A stretch of 64,000 nucleotides of DNA from an uncultured bacterium (GTDB lineage Bacteria; Babelota; Babeliae; Babelales; Vermiphilaceae), in the NCBI GenBank assembly GCA_963713925.1, contig OY970212.1:576001-640000 (forward strand), given 5' to 3'. The notes under the pieces were generated by a model. That model was not told where the DNA came from. It saw only the letters and a list, made by a program, of their open reading frames with translations, and searched no databases. Positions 19,982 to 28,062 of this stretch are shown here, one piece after another (the first letter of the stretch is position 1; each line of letters begins with the position of its first letter). Position numbers and translations under genes: made by a program.

Positions 19982-20941
19982 ATGAACAATACCTATTGGC
20001 AAGAAACCTTTTCGATCGGAAATCTAAAAGTCCCTCGCTTTATCGGCGGCCCGCTTGATGGGATTACCGATTCTCCGTTTCGGCAGCTGGTGCGCAACTA
20101 TTCAAAAAATGAATTGCTCTACACTGAAATGCGCCATGTGGCTTGCGTTGCTCATGACAAAGCCGGGCTCAAAACCTTACAATTCGAGCAATTTGAGCGC
20201 CCGCTTAACTATCAGATTGCGGCAAATTCAGTTGAATATATCGATGCGGCACTTGAGCGAATCGTAGCAGCCGGCGTCGATGCAATTGATTTAAATATCG
20301 GGTGTCCCGCGCGTAATGTCATCGGCTCGGGTTCTGGCTCGGCTTTGATGGCAGATTTGCCGCGCTTGAAACAGATTGTTACCCACATTCGCAACAAACT
20401 TTCCATTCCATTCACTGTTAAAATTCGTGCCGGCTTTAAGCAAAAAAATGCCATCGATGTGGCGCTTTTGCTCCAAGATTGTGGCGTTGATGCCATTGCC
20501 ATTCACCCGCGTCTTCAAACGCAACTCTTTGCCGGTCAACCTGATTATGCATTAGCAGCAGAAGTCAAACGAGCTCTTTCTATCCCGGTTATTATTTCAG
20601 GAAATGTGGTTAACTTCAAAACGGCAAACATGGTCTATGAACAGACTGGTGTCGACGGATATTTAATCGGCAGAGCGATTTGGGCACGTCCGTGGAAACT
20701 GGAAGAAATGCGGATGGCTGCGCTGGGGCAACCATTCACCATTGATAAAGTAACAGTGCTCAAAACAGCGTTAGCACATCTTGACGGCATGCTTGCACAC
20801 TATGGCCCGCGAGGCTTGTTTGCCTTCCGTAAGCATTTGCCTTTTTACTTGCGCGGATTACCGGAAGCTTCACAATTGCGTGAGCGATTGGTAAGGTCTA
20901 ATTCAGCAGATGAAATCAGGGATGTGTTAGGAGTTTTATAA
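19982..20941 (+). CDS. dusB: tRNA-dihydrouridine synthase (DusB-like)
   Basis: PLDGITDSPFR, IDLNIGCPA, GSGSALM, TVKIRAG, IHPR. Confidence 0.9.
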   Translation: MNNTYWQETFSIGNLKVPRFIGGPLDGITDSPFRQLVRNYSKNELLYTEMRHVACVAHDKAGLKTLQFEQFERPLNYQIAANSVEYIDAALERIVAAGVDAIDLNIGCPARNVIGSGSGSALMADLPRLKQIVTHIRNKLSIPFTVKIRAGFKQKNAIDVALLLQDCGVDAIAIHPRLQTQLFAGQPDYALAAEVKRALSIPVIISGNVVNFKTANMVYEQTGVDGYLIGRAIWARPWKLEEMRMAALGQPFTIDKVTVLKTALAHLDGMLAHYGPRGLFAFRKHLPFYLRGLPEASQLRERLVRSNSADEIRDVLGVL

Positions 20942-21016
20942 AAATAGACTTCTCATGGTGTAGACAAACTAATCAAGGATTCGCTACTCTGAAAATATAA
21001 TCGATCGGAGAATTCT

Positions 21017-21988
21017 ATGAAACTGTTGCAGACACTCATTCTTGGTAGCATTGTTGCGTATCAAACGGTACCTGTTTTTTGCGCCGAAACTAAACCTACG
21101 CTTGAATGGGGCTTTGCCGAACGGCAGGGTCGCCGAAGCGAAATGGAAGACACTCACCTCATTGAAGAGACAGGTCCTTACGCTGTATATGCCATTTTTG
21201 ACGGACATGGCGGAACTCGCGCTGCCCGTTATTCAGCTTTGAGCCTAAAAAAGGCAACCAGCATAAAAGGAGGCAATGTTACTCCGGATATGCCATTTCC
21301 AACATTAGATATCATGACAAAATGGACGCGTGGCGTGGAAGTTATGCTGAGTTTTATGGCTGCATCTGGAAAAGAAGCGAACCAAGCGAAGCCCGACTCC
21401 GGAACCACCATGATTTCAGTTTTTGTGGATAAAAAAACGAATGAGGCTCGTCTTTTTTGGGCCGGTGATTCCCGAGCCATTGTTGTTCGCAATGGAAAAG
21501 TTATTCTTGCGACAGAGGATCATACATTGAATGTCCCTGCCGAAGCAGAAAGAGCTCAAAGATTAGGTGCAGTAGTAGAAAATGGTCGCATCACGAACAA
21601 GAAACTCGGGCTGCGCATTGCCATGACTCGTTCAATCGGAGATCTCAATATTAAGGAGGGTGCCCCAGCGGTTATTTCAGAACCTGAAGAGAACTCGATA
21701 CAATTACAAAAAAATGATTGGTTGGTAATCGCGTGTGACGGTTTGTGGGATGTCGTTTCCAATGACGTCGTAGCGTCTTTTGTAACAAATAATAATCCGC
21801 GGCCCGTTGATGATAATAAATTGCCAAAGGAAGGTTTTTTTGAGGGTCGACCGATGTTTTTTCCTAAAAATGCAACGGATACCGCTTCTTCTGAGGGAAC
21901 ACTCAAAGGAATGGCCCAGGCTCTGCGAGATCTCGCCTTTAACAAGGGAAGCCTCGATAATATTTCCGTTATCGTCGTAAAAATATAA
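21017..21988 (+). CDS. PP2C/PPM Ser/Thr phosphatase with signal peptide
   Basis: QGRRSEMED, IFDGHGG, SGTT, AGDSRA, MTRSIGD, IACDGLWDV, GSLDNISV. Confidence 0.92.
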   Translation: MKLLQTLILGSIVAYQTVPVFCAETKPTLEWGFAERQGRRSEMEDTHLIEETGPYAVYAIFDGHGGTRAARYSALSLKKATSIKGGNVTPDMPFPTLDIMTKWTRGVEVMLSFMAASGKEANQAKPDSGTTMISVFVDKKTNEARLFWAGDSRAIVVRNGKVILATEDHTLNVPAEAERAQRLGAVVENGRITNKKLGLRIAMTRSIGDLNIKEGAPAVISEPEENSIQLQKNDWLVIACDGLWDVVSNDVVASFVTNNNPRPVDDNKLPKEGFFEGRPMFFPKNATDTASSEGTLKGMAQALRDLAFNKGSLDNISVIVVKI

Positions 21989-22071
21989 CTTCTCTCACCT
22001 GTCGTCATAGTTTGCCAAGTCATCTCAGTGAATTTATAATTATGAATCGCAGGAGTTCCGGAAGAGGTTTC

Positions 22072-22905
22072 ATGAAAACTCAAGTGAAAACGATAGTAAA
22101 AGCAATATTAGTCGGTATCGGCATGTGTGCGGCTGCATATGGATTCGTTATTTCAGGATTATGGAATCGAGTTGCCATTTCTTCAACACTGGTCTATCCG
22201 ATTTTGGTGTGCGAAAATGCATTGGTCAAGCCGATAAAATCGTTTTTTCAAAGACGTAAAAATGAAAATGAATTGCGCGTTGAGCTTGAGAATATCAGAA
22301 AAGAGCGGAATGCCCTTTCTGCTGAAGTCAGCGGACTCAAGACGCTCATTGCCTATCATCATGATGTTGATGAACTGATCGAATTTAAAGCTCGCTATCT
22401 GACTGAAAAAGCACGAGTATGCCAAATTATTTCAAAGCAGATTGACGCTCAACAACATTCCATTTTGGTTGACGCCGGCAGCCGCAAAGGGGTCAAGGTT
22501 GATATGGTCGCAGTTTATAATAATGCAATTGTTGGACGCGTGAGTGAAGTCTATCCGCTCTATTGCAAAATCGTCTTGGCTACCGATGCACGGTGCAAAA
22601 TCGGAGCATTGGAAATAAATACGAAAGCATGCGGCATTTATTGTGGAAAAAATACGCTGAACGTAGCTCGCCTTGAACAAGTAAGCCATTTATCAAACGT
22701 AGCGCAGAATGATACGATTCTTTCCTCGGGAGAAGGATTGATATTCCCTCGAGGGTTTTCGTTGGGCACCATCAAAACATATTCCAAAAACGGGTTGTTT
22801 TATGATATCGAACTTCAACCATCAGTTGATATTAATGTATTGGAATATTGCTTGCTCATTGATCATGACGGGGCATATTTAAATACGTTACGTAACAATG
22901 CTTAA
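22072..22905 (+). CDS. mreC: Rod shape-determining protein MreC
   Basis: N-terminal TM, coiled coil, DAGSRKGV, VGRVSEV, SSGEGLIFPRG. Confidence 0.9.
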   Translation: MKTQVKTIVKAILVGIGMCAAAYGFVISGLWNRVAISSTLVYPILVCENALVKPIKSFFQRRKNENELRVELENIRKERNALSAEVSGLKTLIAYHHDVDELIEFKARYLTEKARVCQIISKQIDAQQHSILVDAGSRKGVKVDMVAVYNNAIVGRVSEVYPLYCKIVLATDARCKIGALEINTKACGIYCGKNTLNVARLEQVSHLSNVAQNDTILSSGEGLIFPRGFSLGTIKTYSKNGLFYDIELQPSVDINVLEYCLLIDHDGAYLNTLRNNA

Positions 22906-23277
22906 TAGTGCAGCTCCCCCAAGAATAATAGCTCCTGTTGCTGCACCAATTTTCATAGTAGTTATACCGTCTTTGGGGTTATTTGAGTACGCAGTAATAG
23001 GGAGACTAATCCAGAGTCCCACATATGCTCCTCCAAAACCACCCACTGTAGTGGCAAAAATGCCGTTAGCAATCCGATCAGACAGAGTAAGTTTTTCATC
23101 TGAATTTCCATCACGACTGGAGCAATAGAACTTTCTTTGCATATCATTACACTTTTTCATTGCTTGTTGAGATGCGACTTTTCTTACATAACTATTTTGC
23201 ATACGTTGCAACATGGCATGTGAATGGGAAATAGAGCAAAGGGATATCGATAAAAATAAGATCTGCTTGATATTCAT
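22888..23277 (-). CDS. Small secreted protein with Gly-rich TM helices (paralog of 23286-23810)
   Basis: First 35 aa identical to neighbour; AAGGAAG RBS. Confidence 0.8.
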   Translation of the reverse strand: MNIKQILFLSISLCSISHSHAMLQRMQNSYVRKVASQQAMKKCNDMQRKFYCSSRDGNSDEKLTLSDRIANGIFATTVGGFGGAYVGLWISLPITAYSNNPKDGITTMKIGAATGAIILGGAALLSIVT

Positions 23278-23285
23278 ATACTTCC

Positions 23286-23810
23286 TTATTTTGTTTCAGA
23301 AGAAGGCTTACGAATAAGGTCATCTCTAAAAATAGCTGCTAAGATTGCTGCGGAGGTAGCTGCAGTGGAAACTGCTCCTATAGGTCCAGCTACCAATCCA
23401 GCCGCAGTGAAGGCACCGAGCAACGCGCAGCTGTTTGAAGCCTTAGCTTCGAAGGCATGAAAAGCAAGCTGTTGGTCAAGTGCGCTATCATATTTTTCAT
23501 TCGAAAAATAACTGTACGGAATAGTGGAATTGCGAGCCAGAACGAACCCTAAACCATATCCAATTGCACCACCGGGAATGGCAAAAATAGGTCCTAAAAA
23601 AGATTGAGCAAGGGGTGTTTCAAAAGGTGATAGTTCTTCTGTTTTTTTCGATTGTGTAATATTGGTAGAACACAGTCTTTGTTGGTTAGACAATGCTTTT
23701 TGGAGAGCGACTTTTCTTACATAACTATTTTGCATACGTTGCAACATGGCATGTGAATGAGAAATTGAGCAAAGGGATATCGATAAAAATAAGATCTGCT
23801 TGATATTCAT
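23286..23810 (-). CDS. Small secreted protein with Gly/Ala-rich TM helices
   Basis: Signal peptide ending SHSHA; shared N-terminal module. Confidence 0.8.
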   Translation of the reverse strand: MNIKQILFLSISLCSISHSHAMLQRMQNSYVRKVALQKALSNQQRLCSTNITQSKKTEELSPFETPLAQSFLGPIFAIPGGAIGYGLGFVLARNSTIPYSYFSNEKYDSALDQQLAFHAFEAKASNSCALLGAFTAAGLVAGPIGAVSTAATSAAILAAIFRDDLIRKPSSETK

Positions 23811-23929
23811 ATATTTCCTTCTTTTAAATGACTACGAATTTGCAGAGCAGTGTAAACATTTATAAAGTAAAAGGCCAGAAAAATCTGGCCTTCTTAATAT
23901 CGGGGCCCCCATTTTTAAAATGGGGTGAT

Positions 23930-24847
23930 TTACATCATCATTTTCGACGAGTTACCATAACGTTGCTCGATTCTATTCAGCAATGCATCGCTGAATTTTG
24001 CAAAAACGCCATCTTCATCATCGCTGCCGCTTGCAAGCATGGAGATAAAGCCTTGTTTTTTAGCCGGATGCACCCAGACAATATCGCCTTCGATCATTCC
24101 CTTTTCTTTAATCCAGGCAATTGCGTCTGATGAGGTGCCGAGTTTATCAATGAGTTTGAGTTTTTCTGCTTGGCGGCCGGTGAATATTTTGCCTTCGCCC
24201 CAAACAGCTCGATCTTTGAGATCAAGTTTGCGCGCAGTTGCGATATCTTGTGCAAATTGGTCATACGCATCATCAAGCACACTTTGGAGCAATTCACGCT
24301 CAGCTTGAGACATATCTTTGAGCGGATCGGTCATAGTCTTGTAAGCACCTGCTTTGAGGCCGACCGTTTTAATCTTGTATTGATCCAAAAACTCTTTCAG
24401 TTGGAACATGTAAGGAAATGCAGTTCCGATGCTTCCGACCATTGCTGATCCAGGAGCAATAATCCAGTCAGTTGCGCTGGCAATATAGTAGCCGCCGGAA
24501 GCGCACATATTTTCCACCAAGGTCATGATCGGTTTTGGGTATTGCTGTTTGAGCGCGATGATCTCTTGGTAGATTGCCTGGCCGGTGCCCGCTGCGCTAC
24601 CTGGGCATTCCATTTTTATCAAAATTGCTTTAATGTTGGGGTCTTTGAAAAATTCATGCAATTGACCTTGGTATTTATTTGAGTCGTATAATACCCCTTT
24701 AATATCAACAACCCCGACATGCTCGCGGACCTCTACATTCACCGAATACCACTCTTTGGCCTTTTGAATGAGCGTCGGTAAAAAGGAAAGGGCGATAAAT
24801 ACAAGAATGATGTTAAAAAAGCTTTTGAAAGTGCTCGATACTGACAT
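23930..24847 (-). CDS. sppA: Signal peptide peptidase SppA (S49)
   Basis: CASGGYYIAS, VGSIG, KAGAYK, GKIFTGRQA. Confidence 0.93.
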   Translation of the reverse strand: MSVSSTFKSFFNIILVFIALSFLPTLIQKAKEWYSVNVEVREHVGVVDIKGVLYDSNKYQGQLHEFFKDPNIKAILIKMECPGSAAGTGQAIYQEIIALKQQYPKPIMTLVENMCASGGYYIASATDWIIAPGSAMVGSIGTAFPYMFQLKEFLDQYKIKTVGLKAGAYKTMTDPLKDMSQAERELLQSVLDDAYDQFAQDIATARKLDLKDRAVWGEGKIFTGRQAEKLKLIDKLGTSSDAIAWIKEKGMIEGDIVWVHPAKKQGFISMLASGSDDEDGVFAKFSDALLNRIEQRYGNSSKMMM

Positions 24848-24939
24848 GATAAACCTTGAGAAATGTAAAGTAATACATGAGTTTTTTAGACAACGTATCG
24901 GAAATTAAGGATAGGCGCAAATTTTTTTGAAAAATGGCT

Positions 24940-24968
24940 TTGACAATCGACCTGAATTGCTTTAAAAT
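24940..24968 (+). promoter_or_regulatory. Sigma70 promoter of tRNA operon
   Basis: TTGACA-17 nt-TAAAAT. Confidence 0.8.
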
Positions 24969-24990
24969 TCTTGGAGTCTTTGGAATAAAT

Positions 24991-25067
24991 GGGCGGTTAG
25001 CTCAGCTGGTTAGAGCATCAGTCTTACAAACTGGGGGTCACAGGTTCGAATCCCGTACCGCCCACCA
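24991..25067 (+). tRNA. tRNA-Val(TAC)
   Basis: Cloverleaf, anticodon loop CTTACAA, GGTTCGAATCC, CCA. Confidence 0.95.
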
Positions 25068-25090
25068 TTAGTTCAAAAGTTGATATTTAT

Positions 25091-25166
25091 TCCTCGGTAG
25101 CTCAGTTGGTAGAGCACACGACTGTTAATCGTTAGGTCGCAGGTTCGAGTCCTGCCCGAGGAGCCA
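25091..25166 (+). tRNA. tRNA-Asn(GTT)
   Basis: Cloverleaf, anticodon loop CTGTTAA, GGTTCGAGTCC, GCCA. Confidence 0.95.
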
Positions 25167-25272
25167 GTCTTCGCCAAGTCATCCTTTGGGTGCCTCGGCT
25201 TCGCCTGGCTCAAGTGCCGCCACTGCTTGGCTAGGGATTAAGTTTTTTAGCATAGGTGCATTGGCACAGCCA
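25164..25272. repeat. Two successive family C repeats after tRNA-Asn
   Basis: CCAGTC-TTCGCC..GGCTTC-GCCTGG then GCCACTGC..GCATTGGC-ACAGCCA. Confidence 0.7.
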
Positions 25273-25294
25273 GAAATTAAGGCAAAAAAATTAT

Positions 25295-25371
25295 GGGGCT
25301 GTAGCTCAGTTGGTTAGAGCGTCCGCCTGTCACGCGGAAGGTCGCGGGATCGAGGCCCGTCAGCCCCGCCA
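25295..25371 (+). tRNA. tRNA-Asp(GTC); probable integration target
   Basis: Cloverleaf, anticodon loop CTGTCAC, acceptor GGGGCTG/CAGCCCC, GCCA; atypical T-loop ATCGAGG. Confidence 0.94.
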
Positions 25372-25501
25372 TACTTCGCCAAGGCTTTGTATGGCAGGCC
25401 ATCCTTAGCAAAAGTATGGACATAATTAAGATTTTAAGGCAATTCAGAAATGAGTTGCCTTTTTTATGTGTTTTATCACGCCATAGCCTTGGCGAAGGCG
25501 G
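25368..25501. repeat. Family C repeat on tRNA-Asp CCA and inverted partner
   Basis: GCCATAC-TTCGCCAAGGCTTT-GTATGGC-AGGCCA; partner GCCATAGCCTTGGCGAAGGCGG. Confidence 0.8.
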
Positions 25502-25575
25502 ATTGCAATCATTTCCAATCCATGTTATAAACTGAGCAATCAACAGCGTTGAAATATACAAAAAGGAGTTCATCA

Positions 25576-27519
25576 ATGTTTATAACAGTTCTCTTTTCAC
25601 TACTCTTTTATAATTCGCTCTTTTCATACAATCCCGATAATCCTGAAATACCTTTTATTCCTGAAGAACCTGAAAAACCGCTTTACAATCCTCAACATAC
25701 TGATGATATTTATCGTGAATTCGGTATCGGGCAGTATGGTAATCGAAGAAAGTGGTTGAATCTTAATTGGGTAAGTAAAGATTCAGCTCTTTTTGAACGG
25801 CATAGAGAATGTAAGAATTGGTCACAAAAAGAATATGTTGTGGCAATAATTCATCAATGTTGTAATGAAGTTTCATTCCGAGATGATGATAGTGCTTCTC
25901 TCAACGGATACAATCTTTTTTACTCTGACGGTAGAAGACATTTTTATCTTCACCGTAATGATGAAGATCAGATTTTGAATCAAGCCGATTTGTATGAGTA
26001 TCAAGAATTTAGAAATATGGCGAGCTTTTTGGCCGGTTATAAAAATAAAATCCGCCAATTGTATTCGCTCATTCAATCGAATCAAAATGTACGAAATCAA
26101 TTGCGTCAGAATGCCATACGAGCAATTGAACAGCAGTATGAGGCTGTTCAACAACAAGAAGCCGCACGAGAGAAAGCTATAAGAGATTGGCAAGAGCAAG
26201 AAGCGCGCATAGAACAACAAGAGGTGGCTGCCAAAAGATTGCGTGAAGAACAAGAAGCATTCAGAAAACTTGGAGCTAAACGAACTGAAATCAGAAACAC
26301 TTTTAACGACCACTTAGCAGTTATCAAAAGTGAATCACAATCGTGGAATGATCTATCTGATATCACTCGTGAGTATAGTTTGTCATACGAACATCTTGAT
26401 AAACGAAACTCCGCGCTTGAAGCGATGAATAATGTAGGCGCAGTCTATACACAATCAAATTATGAGTTGAGTACTCCCATCGGTGGGATAATCAGTGAGT
26501 TTAATTATAATCCGAACACATTCACAACCAATTATGGCAATCAACTGCAACAGGTGGTTCATACAGAATGTATCGATATTTTAGGGCGTACAGCACAGTT
26601 GAATTTGGATGATTGCTTGTATGGTTACAGAGGGGATTTTGTTGATTGTATTGATGCGTCACGAGAATTTAATCAACTCGGACTAACTCACAAATCAACG
26701 GCAATTAATGATTTTTGTTGGACTATGCTTGATATCGGACAGGCAATGGGTAAAGGCGCGTGCCTCGGTGTATATTATGCGGCATATGATTTGGCGACTC
26801 ATCCCTTTCAAACGGGTCTTTGTCTTCTTGCCGGACAATATGTGTTGGCGTATCAAGCATGCAAGATTGCTTATGCGGTGGCTGATATTGCGATTACCTC
26901 ATGTTATGACAAAAGAACTGCTTATGAAAAGCTCGATTCCTATTTAGCGCCCGTTGATGCGTTGTTGACGCAATTTGAAAAAGGGGTTTCGGCAGCTCAG
27001 ATTGCTGGAACCGCAACGCAAGTAGCTGTTGGATACTATGCTCAGGGCAGGATGCTCAAAGGATTGAATTCTATTTATAGCAAGGCTCGAGTCAAGGCAG
27101 TTGATTTTATCAAGAGGTATCCACAAGCAGAACCGGAGCTATTTTTGACAACGCCTGAAGGAATGTTGTTGAAAAGTTCGGTTAATGAAGGTGGACATCA
27201 TTTTCCGCAACCTAATTCAGGTGCGGGAACATCGAAACCGAATTTCCTTGAAGAAGCTTTAAATAGAATAGATGTTAATAAAATTCGACATATTTTCAAC
27301 AAATCGGAACACAATTTGGCACCTCTTGTGAAAAAATTAGGTGGAAATGAAAACGTTATCAAAGAAGTTCTTCTGGCGCTTGAGGGAAAAATTCCGCAAA
27401 GCGGATTGTTTAAAGAGATTCCCGTTTCAGTGGGAGGATATATCGTTCATGTAAGGGGCATGGTTATAGATGGAATTCCTCGTATTGGAACACTTTTTAT
27501 AAAACCGGAGAATGTTTAA
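25576..27519 (+). CDS. Secreted polymorphic toxin with C-terminal putative RNase (Ntox35/BECR-like) domain
   Basis: Signal peptide, coiled coil, GS-rich linker, C-terminal RHIF..EHNL..VSVGG..VHVRG.VIDG.PRIGT; AAGGAG RBS. Confidence 0.65.
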   Translation: MFITVLFSLLFYNSLFSYNPDNPEIPFIPEEPEKPLYNPQHTDDIYREFGIGQYGNRRKWLNLNWVSKDSALFERHRECKNWSQKEYVVAIIHQCCNEVSFRDDDSASLNGYNLFYSDGRRHFYLHRNDEDQILNQADLYEYQEFRNMASFLAGYKNKIRQLYSLIQSNQNVRNQLRQNAIRAIEQQYEAVQQQEAAREKAIRDWQEQEARIEQQEVAAKRLREEQEAFRKLGAKRTEIRNTFNDHLAVIKSESQSWNDLSDITREYSLSYEHLDKRNSALEAMNNVGAVYTQSNYELSTPIGGIISEFNYNPNTFTTNYGNQLQQVVHTECIDILGRTAQLNLDDCLYGYRGDFVDCIDASREFNQLGLTHKSTAINDFCWTMLDIGQAMGKGACLGVYYAAYDLATHPFQTGLCLLAGQYVLAYQACKIAYAVADIAITSCYDKRTAYEKLDSYLAPVDALLTQFEKGVSAAQIAGTATQVAVGYYAQGRMLKGLNSIYSKARVKAVDFIKRYPQAEPELFLTTPEGMLLKSSVNEGGHHFPQPNSGAGTSKPNFLEEALNRIDVNKIRHIFNKSEHNLAPLVKKLGGNENVIKEVLLALEGKIPQSGLFKEIPVSVGGYIVHVRGMVIDGIPRIGTLFIKPENV

Positions 27520-28062
27520 ATGTGGAAACAGCAGCTTAGGAAACTTGAACAAAATAAAAAATGGGATGAGGGTATTTCTCTGCTTCAAGATGTTCTTGCG
27601 AAAAATCAGAATGATCTTGATGCATATATATGCCTGAATTATTTACTTATTAACTTGTTGATAGAAGAGGATTTTGATGACTCTAAACATGATTTTTATG
27701 CTCGGACGGCAAAGCAAGCCTTTGTCGATTCCTTCCAAAAATTTCATGATAATGCAGAATATTTATTTTTTACTGCAATTACCTGTTATATAGCGGAATA
27801 TTATTATGATCTTGATTTTTCACAAGTTCAAGCGATGATTCGAAGAGCGGTAGAGCTTGACCCTGAAAATATTTTGTATAAATGGGGCTATTATTTATAT
27901 TTACATCAAAACAATCCGGAGCACGCTAAAAAAGGTCTCCCGTATGCACATATTATACTTGATAAGCATTCTCGAGAGCATAAGTATCTGGAATCAAAGG
28001 GCGCAATAGGATTTTATATTCTCGATATTATGCAAAACTCTACGAAAGAGCTTTCCAATTAA
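27520..28062 (+). CDS. Putative cognate immunity protein (TPR-like helical)
   Basis: ATG directly follows toxin stop (TAAATG); RRAVELDPEN TPR-like motif; no signal peptide. Confidence 0.6.
   Translation: MWKQQLRKLEQNKKWDEGISLLQDVLAKNQNDLDAYICLNYLLINLLIEEDFDDSKHDFYARTAKQAFVDSFQKFHDNAEYLFFTAITCYIAEYYYDLDFSQVQAMIRRAVELDPENILYKWGYYLYLHQNNPEHAKKGLPYAHIILDKHSREHKYLESKGAIGFYILDIMQNSTKELSN

Noticed and set aside
23174..23820. Diversity-generating retroelement TR/VR pair
   Set aside because: No reverse transcriptase nearby; the repeat covers N-termini and has only three differences, none changing the protein.
25212..25222. AAGTGCCGCCA after tRNA-Asn, identical to 34277-34287
   Set aside because: Only 11 nt, inside a family C repeat end, with no recombinase-tail sequence upstream; not distinguishable from chance.
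25277..25576. 99-aa minus-strand ORF
   Set aside because: Antisense to tRNA-Asp and a family C repeat; a shadow ORF.
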